Source of the DNA: Octopus bimaculoides
Lineage: Eukaryota
Direction of reading: 5' to 3'
NCBI RefSeq assembly: GCF_001194135.2
Contig: NC_068988.1
Span: 66,260,263 to 66,324,262, forward strand
Length of the DNA stretch: 64,000 bases
Both the position numbers and the translations under genes were made by a program. How positions within the stretch are numbered: the stretch's first letter is position 1; the number at the start of each line of letters is the position of its first letter. Below the pieces are notes generated by a model that had not been told where the DNA came from, searched no databases, and worked only from the letters and a program-made list of their open reading frames with translations. Below, in pieces: positions 22,800-35,765 of the stretch.

Positions 22800-23472
22800 T
22801 ACATTTGAAGACTGCGGAATAGATGATAATCAAATGGGGCAATGTCCGGTGAATATAGTGAGTGGGGCATCGTTTCCTAATCCAGCCTTTGTAAAGTCGT
22901 CCTCACTGTATGTAGCCGATCATTATCCTGATGGAAGAAACCTTTCGTCTCAAAACCAAAGATGGTCGATTTTTCCTTGTGCTGACTTGAATGACAAGTT
23001 GAATGACCAAATCCAAGCTTCTCTGCTCAACACTTACGATGGGATTTTGTTCCCCCAGGGTTTGCAGGACGTCCTTGTTGTGCTCTACAGATCTTCCAGG
23101 ACGAGGATCATCTTTTAGGTACTAGTTCCGGTTCGGAATTTCTGGAACTGCCCTTGACACTGGCTTAACTTATTGTCCGATCCTCATAAACCGCATTGAT
23201 ATTCCTCGCACTTTCTGTTGCATGCTGTTGCCTTTATTGAACTAATAAAGCAAAATATGACGAATATGTTCCTTTGTCACTTCCATTATAGCTTGGAAAA
23301 AATAACTGTTAAAATCGAACTGCACTTTACAAAACTTTCACTAAGAATGAGGACAAGGTAAAATTACTACCTGCTTGTATAGCAAGCTGATGCAGGTAGT
23401 TTATCCTACACGCCACCGACATTTAGTTCATGCAATTGAAAAAAACCGCATTATTTATGGGATGACCCTATA
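22800..23472 (-). mobile_element. Mariner (Tc1/mariner) DNA transposon, internally deleted and decayed
   Basis: TIR-like end TATAGGGTCATCCCATAAATAATGCGGTTTTTT at 23472-23441. From the ATG at 23286: MEVTKEHIRHILLY*FNKGN..ATESARNINAVYE..QKFRTG..LKDDPRPGRSVE. After a deletion: FFHQDNDRLHT..ETMPHSLYSPDIAPFDYHLFRSLQ (mariner HQDN and YSPD(L/I)AP signatures). Confidence 0.92.
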
Positions 23473-24278
23473 TATATNNNNNNNNNNNNNNNNNNNNNNN
23501 NNNNNNNNNNNNNNNNNNNNNNNNNNNNNNNNNNNNNNNNNNNNNNNNNNNNNNNNNNNNNNNNNNNNNNNNNNNNNNNNNNNNNNNNNNNNNNNNNNNN
23601 NNNNNNNNNNNNNNNNNNNNNNNNNNNNNNNNNNNNNNNNNNNNNNNNNNNNNNNNNNNNNNNNNNNNNNNNNNNNNNNNNNNNNNNNNNNNNNNNNNNN
23701 NNNNNNNNNNNNNNNNNNNNNNNNNNNNNNNNNNNNNNNNNNNNNNNNNNNNNNNNNNNNNNNNNNNNNNNNNNNNNNNNNNNNNNNNNNNNNNNNNNNN
23801 NNNNNNNNNNNNNNNNNNNNNNNNNNNNNNNNNNNNNNNNNNNNNNNNNNNNNNNNNNNNNNNNNNNNNNNNNNNNNNNNNNNNNNNNNNNNNNNNNNNN
23901 NNNNNNNNNNNNNNNNNNNNNNNNNNNNNNNNNNNNNNNNNNNNNNNNNNNNNNNNNNNNNNNNNNNNNNNNNNNNNNNNNNNNNNNNNNNNNNNNNNNN
24001 NNNNNNNNNNNNNNNNNNNNNNNNNNNNNNNNNNNNNNNNNNNNNNNNNNNNNNNNNNNNNNNNNNNNNNNNNNNNNNNNNNNNNNNNNNNNNNNNNNNN
24101 NNNNNNNNNNNNNNNNNNNNNNNNNNNNNNNNNNNNNNNNNNNNNNNNNNNNNNNNNNNNNNNNNNNNNNNNNNNNNNNNNNNNNNNNNNNNNNNNNNNN
24201 NNNNNNNNNNNNNNNNNNNNNNNNNNNNNNNNNNNNNNNNNNNNNNNNNNNNNNNNNNNNNNNNNNNNNNNNNNNNNN

Positions 24279-24317
<39 letters not shown>

Positions 24318-24760
24318 ATGTGGATGTGTCTACATATGTATTTTATATTTACATATATGTGTGTTTCTGTGTGAATGTGTTTGTGTGTACATGTATATGT
24401 ATGTGTGTGTACATGTATGTACGTATATGTAGGCACTAACTGGCTAGGGACATGAATCTAGGTAACATATTCGACGGAGCGGGGAAACTGAATATTGTAC
24501 ACAATATGAGAACAGAAACAAAAGCTAGCGCGAATTGTTAGCAACTTTGAATGAAAAAGGGAGATGATGTCAAAAGCGTTAAAAGAGTTTCTCCATTGTA
24601 CAGGAAAATACAAAATCCTATCTTTGCTTTGGAGACTTCAGCACATTTTATTCTTTTTATCACTATTGTACAGACACACACATTCTCTCATACACGCCCA
24701 AACATACAATTACACACAATCACGCACGCACACACCCTCACACACACACGCACACACACG

Positions 24761-24819
<59 letters not shown>

Positions 24820-25722
24820 NNNNNNNNNNNNNNNNNNNNNNNNNNNNNNNNNNNNNNNNNNNNNNNNNNNNNNNNNNNNNNNNNNNNNNNNNNNNNNNNN
24901 NNNNNNNNNNNNNNNNNNNNNNNNNNNNNNNNNNNNNNNNNNNNNNNNNNNNNNNNNNNNNNNNNNNNNNNNNNNNNNNNNNNNNNNNNNNNNNNNNNNN
25001 NNNNNNNNNNNNNNNNNNNNNNNNNNNNNNNNNNNNNNNNNNNNNNNNNNNNNNNNNNNNNNNNNNNNNNNNNNNNNNNNNNNNNNNNNNNNNNNNNNNN
25101 NNNNNNNNNNNNNNNNNNNNNNNNNNNNNNNNNNNNNNNNNNNNNNNNNNNNNNNNNNNNNNNNNNNNNNNNNNNNNNNNNNNNNNNNNNNNNNNNNNNN
25201 NNNNNNNNNNNNNNNNNNNNNNNNNNNNNNNNNNNNNNNNNNNNNNNNNNTATATACACGCGGACGTATACATAGATGTTATTATCTTTTTGTCTACGTT
25301 TTGTTTGCAATGTCTTGTGACCAGATATCCATCTATATATACAGGTAGATGTAGGTATGCACATACTTGTACGTATATATGCATATACTCAATTATCATT
25401 TGTTTCATATATATATATGTACATATACACATACACACCTGCACACATGCACACACACTCACATATATTCACACGCATGTGCTTCATGTACATAAAAACT
25501 TCTTTTAATAATATTTATTAAAGAAGCGTGATACAAATGTTGCTATCTTCAACTGATCCATGTCGGCGAAAATATTTCAAAAGAACCAGGAACTAAAAAA
25601 ATTTTGCAATTGACTTTCTCTGAAGGGGAAAGGTTTTGTTTGATTTCTACTTCATCTTGATTCTGATTCTTTCCGCCCTCACCTCCCCTCTTTCATCATC
25701 TCTGACACACACAAAATCAATC

Positions 25723-25781
<59 letters not shown>

Positions 25782-26223
25782 NNNNNNNNNNNNNNNNNNN
25801 NNNNNNNNNNNNNNNNNNNNNNNNNNNNNNNNNNNNNNNNNNNNNNNNNNNNNNNNNNNNNNNNNNNNNNNNNNNNNNNNNNNNNNNNNNNNNNNNNNNN
25901 NNNNNNNNNNNNNNNNNNNNNNNNNNNNNNNNNNNNNNNNNNNNNNNNNNNNNNNNNNNNNNNNNNNNNNNNNNNNNNNNNNNNNNNNNNNNNNNNNNNN
26001 NNNNNNNNNNNNNNNNNNNNNNNNNNNNNNNNNNNNNNNNNNNNNNNNNNNNNNNNNNNNNNNNNNNNNNNNNNNNNNNNNNNNNNNNNNNNNNNNNNNN
26101 NNNNNNNNNNNNNNNNNNNNNNNNNNNNNNNNNNNNNNNNNNNNNNNNNNNNNNNNNNNNNNNNNNNNNNNNNNNNNNNNNNNNNNNNNNNNNNNNNNNN
26201 NNNNNNNNNNNNNNNNNNNNNNN

Positions 26224-26273
26224 CAGTTTTTCCGGCTTGCTAACGATTCTTCCAGCTCGCCGCCTTGCCCCTT

Positions 26274-26324
<51 letters not shown>

Positions 26325-26518
26325 CTTTTCTACTGGGAGGCGACTAGTCGATTACATCGACTTCAGTGTTTCACTGGTACTTAATTTATCGTACCCGAGA
26401 GAGATGAAATCAAAGTCGACCTCGGTGGAATTTGAACTCAGATCGTAGCGACAAACGCAATATCGCTAAGCATTTCGCCCGGTGTGCTAACGATTCAGAC
26501 AGCTCACCACCTTGCTCC

Positions 26519-26520
<2 letters not shown>
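26224..26520 (-). mobile_element. Two tandem family-C SINE units separated by (TAA)n
   Basis: A head fragment at 26224-26272 and a near-complete unit at 26323-26520. Each ends (+ strand) in ...CC(G/A)CCTTGC(C/T)CCTT followed by (TAA)n. Confidence 0.8.
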
Positions 26521-26577
<57 letters not shown>

Positions 26578-26581
26578 AATG

Positions 26582-26655
<74 letters not shown>

Positions 26656-26672
26656 AAGAAGAAGAAGAAGAA
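26520..26672. repeat. Compound (TAA)n-(GAA)n microsatellite
   Basis: Directly visible. A similar (AAT)n-(GAA)n tract lies at 31133-31253. Confidence 0.95.
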
Positions 26673-26719
26673 AGTTCTTGATGCAGAGCCAAGCGCTGCC
26701 TATCTTGGCTTCCGATTTT

Positions 26720-27215
26720 AACTGATTGGAAGTGTTATGTATATTGTTTTGTCTTGGTTTAAAAGATGGGCAACATCAAATATTCTGTTCAGTACCACAG
26801 ATTTGCTTGTCAGTTGTTTGACCTTAAACAGTTGAGCATGTTCCTTAATGGCTAACGGTATGTGCGTCCCTGATCACGAGCAGAAGTAGTGGGGGAACAT
26901 CATAGCCATGTGTTAGGAGGAATTCTTTGGGGTTTGGATAATTACCTCTGAAAATATGGGTGTCTTGTTCAACACCCTAAAACAACCCTTATTCAAGGAA
27001 CTTTTGAGCGGACTGGGCTACTTGACCTCGAGAAAATTTTAACTGGGCCCCACGTGCTAGGTCATGCGCTGTTTATCTTGATATGAGATCTTCATGTCGC
27101 GCACATATGGTTGTGATTCACCTGCCTGGTGTATCCTTATCAAACGGGTAATCATGATGCGTTTACTGGGTTTCGTATATTTGACCCCAGTGTCACTTTG
27201 ATGGCATGCACTGCT
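26720..27215 (+). repeat. Interspersed repeat family D, longer copy
   Basis: Shares ~160 nt with the inverted copy at 15535-15705. No ORF or terminal structure was identified, so the class is unknown. Confidence 0.65.
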
Positions 27216-27226
27216 CTCTCACCAAA

Positions 27227-27294
<68 letters not shown>

Positions 27295-27304
27295 ATAATA
27301 ATAA

Positions 27305-27335
<31 letters not shown>

Positions 27336-27399
27336 AGTAATAATAATGATAATAATAATAATAATAATAATGATGATAACAATAATAATAATAATAATG

Positions 27400-27562
27400 A
27401 TTTTGAAATTTTGGCAGAAGGCCAGCAATTTCAGGGAAGCGGGTAAGTCGATTACATCCCCTCTAGTATTCAACTGGTACTAACTTTATCGACGACATAA
27501 AACCGGGAGGCAGTTGTAAAGAGGGAGAAATGCCGCTAAGCATCTTGCCTGCTCACCACCTT
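27400..27562 (-). mobile_element. Family-C SINE, diverged and deleted, between trinucleotide arrays
   Basis: ttttgaaattttggcagaaggccagcaattt...taagtcgattacatc...caactggtactaactttatcgac...aatgccgctaagcat. Confidence 0.7.
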
Positions 27563-27567
27563 AACAA

Positions 27568-27629
<62 letters not shown>

Positions 27630-28133
27630 TTATCATTATTATTATTATTTTAATTTTTATTATTATCATTATTGTTATTATTGTTATTATTATTATTATT
27701 ATTATTATTANNNNNNNNNNNNNNNNNNNNNNNNNNNNNNNNNNNNNNNNNNNNNNNNNNNNNNNNNNNNNNNNNNNNNNNNNNNNNNNNNNNNNNNNNN
27801 NNNNNNNNNNNNNNNNNNNNNNNNNNNNNNNNNNNNNNNNNNNNNNNNNNNNNNNNNNNNNNNNNNNNNNNNNNNNNNNNNNNNNNNNNNNNNNNNNNNN
27901 NNNNNNNNNNNNNNNNNNNNNNNNNNNNNNNNNNNNNNNNNNNNNNNNNNNNNNNNNNNNNNNNNNNNNNNNNNNNNNNNNNNNNNNNNNNNNNNNNNNN
28001 NNNNNNNNNNNNNNNNNNNNNNNNNNNNNNNNNNNNNNNNNNNNNNNNNNNNNNNNNNNNNNNNNNNNNNNNNNNNNNNNNNNNNNNNNNNNNNNNNNNN
28101 NNNNNNNNNNNNNNNCACACACACACACACACA

Positions 28134-28180
<47 letters not shown>

Positions 28181-28744
28181 CTATTAGTATCTTCTTTTTT
28201 TTTGTTCTATTGCTATTGATGTTGCCCTTTTTTAGATAACTCTTCTCCAGAATGATGAGAATGAAAAACATTAATCTTATGCTTTAACATCACTCATATT
28301 CATTCCAAGCTTCCAGGTTTGAGAGTAAAAATATTAATGGAAAATTATCGAAAGCTTCATAACTGTCCAGCACTTTGATCAGATTACATCCGTCAAATGA
28401 TTATGTTGTCCTTATAGTTTATGGAACATAGGTCAGAGGCGTAGCACATTATTATGTCACAATGTTCTCGAAATAAAAGTACTGAATTTTAGAAAGCAAT
28501 CCACCCAACTTAAGCGAATCAAAACAAATTAGCAACTAAGAAGTCCGACAGCTTACTATAAATAGTAGCTAGATTCAACCTCAAATCACAAGTTCCTATG
28601 TTTATTTAAAATATGTAGCTTTTTTACAACATCGGCCTTTATATATATATGTATGTCTCTACGTATGTATGCATATATATATATATGCATATATATATAT
28701 ATATGCATATATATATACATACACACACACACACACACACACAG

Positions 28745-28779
<35 letters not shown>

Positions 28780-28800
28780 CGTACATTTATATATATATAT

Positions 28801-29017
28801 GTTGGCACTCCGTCGCTTACGACATCGAGGGTTCCAGTTGATCTGATCAACGGAACAACCTGCTCGGGAGATTAACGTGCAAGTGGCTGAGCACTCCACA
28901 GACACGTGTAACCTTAACGTAGTTCTCACGGATATTCAGCGTGACACAATGTGACAAGGCTGACCCTTTGAATTACAGGCACAACAGAAACAGGAAGTAA
29001 GAGTGAGAGAAAGTTGT
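28801..29017 (-). mobile_element. Family-A SINE, 3' half, (TA)n tail
   Basis: gttggcactccgtcgcttacgac...acaacagaaacaggaagtaagagtgagagaaagttgtg. Confidence 0.92.
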
Positions 29018-29399
29018 GTACGTATATATATATATGTATATACATTTATATATACGTGCATATATATGTACAGGTTGTTTATCATCATTTCAGTCTGCGG
29101 AGAAATGGCTAAAAGTTGCCCTGTTTATAATTATGCCATAAATTATGAGCCACTAATAGTCTCTTGCATAGGGAGCGCATGTATAACACGCCTTGTGCCT
29201 CTGAGCCACATGCACATGTATCCAATTTACAAAACAGGACGCCAGTACAAAAGAAATCTCGAGGACTACACGAGAAGTTAAAAGTAAAAAGCGGAAGGGT
29301 AATCAAAAACTTAAAAAGAAAAGAAAATAAGAAAATAAGATTTATGACCCCTTCGACTGTTAAAACATATTTAAGCTAGTTGCAGAATACATCAACGGA

Positions 29400-30610
29400 G
29401 AGGGATCCAAAATCTGCGATTTAGCTGCTTAATTCGGAGGTGTTATCTGCCGGTTCGCCCCCCACAAAAAAAAAAAAAACAATTTGCCTATATGTTTGCA
29501 TTTGCTGAAATTGTCTGATCTGGAATACAATAGCGTGGTGAAAGTTCTTGGATCCAGAAAGGATGTTTGCTCTTTCAGCAACACATTATATTCATTTCTA
29601 AGATCCATTAACATATGGCATGCATCTCTCTACAATTTTCCAGTTGAGTGAATGCGATATGCAATTGGCCTTCAAACCCTATACATTGGTTGTCAGCTTA
29701 CTGGCTTTACTTTTCTCGATGCGCTGGAAAGAAGATAAATGGTTTGCGTAACGCCTTTTGAAATCGCCCACGCATAACTTGATGTAATTTCTTTTCCCCG
29801 GTTAGATTATCTTGAAACGTTGTTGTGACTTCTGTTTCATATGCGTCGGAGTTCATCGTACGAGCCTGGTCAAGTGGGCGAGCTTCAGCATGTAGACAGT
29901 TACAACTGCGAATAAATCTTGCTGATGGTCACGAGTGATAATGTTCCTCATATTGCAACAGCAACTGGATATTTTAATCGAGAGTCAGATAAAAGTCTCT
30001 TTGTATTTGTGGTTTACTGGGAAATATTAATAAAAAGGAGATGGAATTTTTTTTAATTCAGAGAGAGAACGGGAGCGAACCACATTATTTTGCAAGGTCT
30101 AATTTTATGATTAATATTTTCAATTGAAAAGTTATAATATATCTTATCTTTGAAGCTTATTATTACGGATTATAGGAGCGGTAGTTTAGATTTAGGAAAA
30201 CATCTAAAAGATCGATTTCTGACAGATTTTAGTACCAGTGATTTTGAAGCCACATGAGTTTTTTCGTAATTTTTTTCGAGAGCTTGACCGTTACAGTAAT
30301 GAAAAATTCCCAACCCATCGTCGCGGTATAGACCAACGTCGTGGGGTAGGAACTTGGATCTCAGTGTGTTCAATATATATATAAACTCACAAGATCGCAG
30401 ATATCCGCACTGCCATACGATCCCATCAATATCGAACAATTCATCCCTAACGAATTTTTTAACCCAAGCTGAGATCTTACGAAATAGAAGTGTTTTTCTC
30501 GCATGCATGATAAAATTCAGGTCTATATAGTCTATATCAGCATATGTTTTTGCGAATTAAATCGCTTTATCAGGCAGTGATCTCGACATTGAGGAATAAA
30601 TCTATAACAT
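29400..30610 (-). mobile_element. Penelope-like element relic (RT + GIY-YIG endonuclease), decayed
   Basis: RT: IYSSMS..DKAI*FAKTY..IMHARKTLLF..WVKK..LFD..GLYRDDGLG. Linker: KIMWFAP..HKYKETF..IKISSCC.NMRNII. GIY-YIG: RNYIKLCVGDFKRRYANHLSSF..SKLT..LK..NWKIVERCMPYVNGS, then FSKCKH. Multiple stops, frameshifts and an internal deletion. Confidence 0.9.
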
Positions 30611-30773
30611 ATATAATAAATCTATAAATCTATAACATCAAACTTTATAAATCTGGCTCTGTGCTTATTCTTTAATTTCTGAAACCATTGTGCTGCTATT
30701 ATTCCATTGCTGTAGCGTAGTAGTCTCTCTAAATCTGATATTACTAAATATTTTTCCGCTACTAAATGTATAC

Positions 30774-30816
<43 letters not shown>

Positions 30817-31132
30817 NNNNNNNNNNNNNNNNNNNNNNNNNNNNNNNNNNNNNNNNNNNNNNNNNNNNNNNNNNNNNNNNNNNNNNNNNNNNNNNNNNNN
30901 NNNNNNNNNNNNNNNNNNNNNNNNNNNNNNNNNNNNNNNNNNNNNNNNNNNNNNNNNNNNNNNNNNNNNNNNNNNNNNNNNNNNNNNNNNNNNNNNNNNN
31001 NNNNNNNNNNNNNNNNNNNNNNNNNNNNNNNNNNNNNNNNNNNNNNNNNNNNNNNNNNNNNNNNNNNNNNNNNNNNNNNNNNNNNNNNNNNNNNNNNNNN
31101 NNNNNNNNNNNNNNNNNNNNNNNNNNNNNNNN

Positions 31133-31186
<54 letters not shown>

Positions 31187-31906
31187 GCAATGACAAAAAG
31201 AAGAAGAAGAAGAAGAAGAAGAAGAAGAAGAAGAAGAAGAAGAAGAAGAAGAAGGAGAATCCTTTAAAATGCACATGAAATATACCCTCAGAAGTTAGAA
31301 GCTGTGCGCACGCATGTACACACAAGAAAGCACATGCATAGACACACACATACACACACACACATTCACACACACATGCATACACAAATACAATAAGTTA
31401 ATCTTAACTTGATTATCAGATTGTTAGATTGCATGAAATATATCCGTTCAATATCTAATTGTAGCCTACAAACAGATTAGAATCTTGTTCACAATATGAA
31501 CAAACTTTCCCCGTTCCCATAAATGAAGAAATGCATCATCTAGTACATCATATGTTGTATCTAAATCTTTCGATTTGAACTTGTTCGACACCAAAGATTT
31601 ACAGAATACCTGAAAGGTCATTCAGTCTGTTCTCTCAGCTCTACTTTATATGCTTCAAATTTATATTGATTTCCTAAATTACTCGAATCCGCAAATTTGT
31701 AGAACTGTAAAATAAAATGGAATAATTTAGCTGGTGGATAAGATGTAAACAACAATTATGGAAATGTTGGTTTTACGTGGCACGGAATCTAAATTCTATT
31801 TGTTTTGTTATTTAGAAACAATGATAACCTTCAAAACATTACAGCGCCGAGTAAGACGTTGATACTTGTGTGCATATATGTGTATGTGTGTGCATGTGTG
31901 TGTGTG

Positions 31907-31959
<53 letters not shown>

Positions 31960-33186
31960 NNNNNNNNNNNNNNNNNNNNNNNNNNNNNNNNNNNNNNNNN
32001 NNNNNNNNNNNNNNNNNNNNNNNNNNNNNNNNNNNNNNNNNNNNNNNNNNNNNNNNNNNNNNNNNNNNNNNNNNNNNNNNNNNNNNNNNNNNNNNNNNNN
32101 NNNNNNNNNNNNNNNNNNNNNNNNNNNNNNNNNNNNNNNNNNNNNNNNNNNNNNNNNNNNNNNNNNNNNNNNNNNNNNNNNNNNNNNNNNNNNNNNNNNN
32201 NNATATATATATACATACATATATACGAGTTATTATTTATCAATTAGATCTTTGGTCTTACTCTGGTTGAAAATTCTCTCCCGGGTATGACTTTAAATTT
32301 CATCCAATACTGAGGCCCTGACTAGGGACTTGGCGGGTTTTGAGGAGTGCTGAACTGCTTCCTAGTCACTATTTTCGCCAGATCTTCTCTGACCCATAGC
32401 AGTAAGTATCTCTTAGGGTCCCAGCTATGGGTTAACTAACCTACTATGATTTGCCTAACCATTCATGTTATGCAGAAAAATATCTTTTAACGGAGAGGAA
32501 GGCGACCACAACTAAACTTTGTGGAACGCAGACAGCAAGATTAAACAAGTAAGGAAGTAAGAAATCTTGGTCATTCTCTTCCTCAGTTCTATCCCCAGTT
32601 GTCTTGACCTGATCTTGCCACTGGTCCGGCTAACTAGATGTCGAAGCAGGACTTTAACTTGTGTTTTACTTGATCTTTGGAATTACAGTAACTGTAGGTG
32701 TGCATAAATATTTTCTATTTCTGAATATAAAACCAGCCTTTGAGATGTAGTCTTGGCTGTTTTAAGGATATGTATCCGTCAAGAGAGATTCTGTAATAGT
32801 GAGCTAAATTATATGGATCGCTTAGATTCTAATAATGTGCTGCTCGTGTTAAAGGGATCTGAGGTATAATGATATCGCCTTAATAATTACATTGGTAGTA
32901 CCAGTTGACTCGGATGATTTCACAAACTATACCGACCCTTGCTTGCGTGAACGAAAGAGTTAATATTCTTTAGGATGTGGTGTTTACAACTTCTATCACG
33001 TTATTTATGCTGGAAGTGATACTAATACGTAGTATTCAGGGATAATGGACATGGCTTTCTAGAAAACTAGGCATGGTGGTCTATTTTTTTAATATAGATT
33101 GGGATAAACCCACGGAGTGTATGGAAGAGAGGGGAAGAATGAGAGAGGGACGGAGAGGGAGAGAGAGAGGAAGAGAGAGAGAAAGA

Positions 33187-33228
<42 letters not shown>

Positions 33229-34115
33229 GAGAGAGAGAATGATTGGAGAGTTTGGTGAATAAAAGAACTAACTTTAGGGAGAACGATTTAAAAATTGGTT
33301 TAGAATTTAGTTTCTTTTCTTCCTTTGTTTTAGACTGCTTATGTTGAGGTGAGTGGTAGAGATGAGAATCAGAGTTTGAGACGAGTTCTGTTGCTTTCGT
33401 GAAGTTTAATATGCTTGTGTTGCAGAAGATGATAGATAGTAATTCATTTGGTAATGCGGTAACTGAGTATTCCTACTGGTTTTCCATCGCATATTTAGTT
33501 TTATGTTAGTTCTATGTAATACATAGAATATTTTAGAAAGATATTTTTGTATCTATTTTCCTTTTGTGGTTATGTTTATTTTTCATTTGTAATATCAAAT
33601 GATTGTATTTGCTGAGTGTTATTCAGCTTATCTGTTTACAATTGAGACCATAATTTCATATATACACATATACAATATATACATGAAATTATAAGGTTCC
33701 ACTTTTGTATCTAGCCTCACGCGTATTTTCATGTATAAATTCCTGCGTAAATAGCAGCCCGAAAAACATATAGCCTATGTATATATACATATATCTGTTT
33801 GCTTAAGCATTTTAGCTTTTTTTTTCCTTTCTTTTTCGCTTGTTTTGCTTTGTTGTTGTTGCATGTATTCTTGCGTAGTTTTCTTTAAGTGCACGTGTAT
33901 AAAACAAAACAACCACAGAGAATGTTAATTCACATTAAACGTAGCCGCGCTTCACCACCACCAGCATTGTACATAATCCCTCTCTGCCTAAAAAAAAAAC
34001 ATCTTTATTTCTTGAACAGCATTATTTTTAAATTGGAAATCGTAAAGAACAATTTCTATTATTCTTACATTGGATAGATATCGATCGACCATTTTTGTTG
34101 GAAACAACAACAGCG

Positions 34116-34325
<210 letters not shown>

Positions 34326-34901
34326 ATTAATCTTGTTATTGTTGCTGTTGTCATTGTTGCTATTGTTGGTGATGTTATTACTTTCTGCTTTACACACCAC
34401 TATCTGTCTTGGTATTATTGTATCATAGGAGAACCTTTTTTCTTTCTTTTCCTGTTGAATTTATTTTTCGACCAAATAATAATTTTCCTTATCAAAATTA
34501 TTTGTATATGTGTGTGTGTGGGGTGGGTACACGAACGTGTAACTGTTTTTATGCTGTGTATTATCTTTGATATTGGAAACTTCTGAATATTGCCAGTACC
34601 AATGTAGAAATATTTTAGATATATTTCACAGTATTTCTTTAGTATAATTATCTGATGCAATCCACCAACAATAATTTAGTTCAAAATGCTGCTCTCAACA
34701 TATTCAGAATGGAGTTACGAGATACGGTAGAAAACCGGGCTTTATATCTTGAGATGCTTATTTACGTCACTTTACAGTCAGGATTCGTATTTCGGTAACA
34801 GGTTCAACCCTTGTTTTCATTATTTTAGAGTTAATTGACAATACCATCCCTACTCCAACATGTTTCTTATATCAAAAATCTATTAATATTATATAATATT
34901 A

Positions 34902-35118
34902 AGGCAACGAGCGGTCAGTATCATTAATGTGCCGGATAAAATCCTTAGCGACATTTCGTCCGTTTTTACGCTGAGTTCAAATTTCACCGTGGTCGATTTA
35001 CCATTTCATCGTTAGGGGGTCAATGAAATAAGTACCAGCTGAGAACTGGGGTCGATGTAATTGATTATCCCCCTCACTTAAAATTGCTGGCCTTGTGTCA
35101 AAATTTGAAACCAATATT
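34902..35118 (+). mobile_element. Family-C SINE, full length
   Basis: aggcaacgagcggtcagtatcattaatgtgccggataaaatccttagcgacatttcgtc...gagttcaaatttcacc...aaataagtaccagctgagaactggggtcgatg...ccttgtgtcaaaatttgaaacc. Confidence 0.85.
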
Positions 35119-35609
35119 ATAATATATTTCTCGAACTGTCTATCGGCAGCTAAATCCATTGTGAAGATCGTTTCAATGTCTTACTTTGGCTAGGAAGGAC
35201 AGTGTTTATCAGTTTGGTGGCCTTAGCGAAATAACTTGTATGGTAGACCAGGTTGAAAGAGATTTCAGAAACTTTTCTCTTTAGCCAAGCCAACATCAGC
35301 TTTTTCAAGTTTTCGTTGAAAAGAAAATTGAGTTTGTAGATGAAAGTGCTGCGTTCTAGGAAGTTTGTTGAAAGGTGGGTTAACATGTAGATTGAGTGGA
35401 CAATGAGATGATCACATTTTCCCTAGTCAACTGTGCTTTTGTGGGTTTTCCACGAGCAGCTTTTAGTAGTGTCCCCTTTTTTGGGCATTTTTTTTTCTTG
35501 TTTAGATTTTTGCTTCTTTGTTTTTGTTAATTATACTGTTTCCGTTCCCTCGTGTTTTCGTGTGAATTCTTACATTATATTTGTTATTGGCTGAATCCGT
35601 ATTCCTTCT

Positions 35610-35765
35610 GTCTCTTTACGTTTTGAGTTCAAATATCACCGGGATCGACTTTGCCTTACCTCATTTCGAGGTCGATAGAATAAAATGCCAGTCAAGTACC
35701 AAAGTCGTTCTAATCGCCTTGCCACCATTCCCTCACAATTAGTGGTCTTGTTCAAATATTAGAAA
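35610..35765 (+). mobile_element. Family-C SINE, partial and diverged
   Basis: ctttacgttttgagttcaaatatcaccgggatcgactttgcc...gaggtcgatagaataaaatgccagt. Confidence 0.65.

Noticed and set aside
32400-33080. Minus-strand frame starting at ACCACCATG with an H-x4-C motif (possible LINE ORF1 relic)
   Set aside because: Several stops, zinc-knuckle spacing is not canonical, and no family motif is recognisable.
35120-35460. 78-aa minus-strand ORF beside a family-C SINE
   Set aside because: No recognisable motif or splice signals in any frame.
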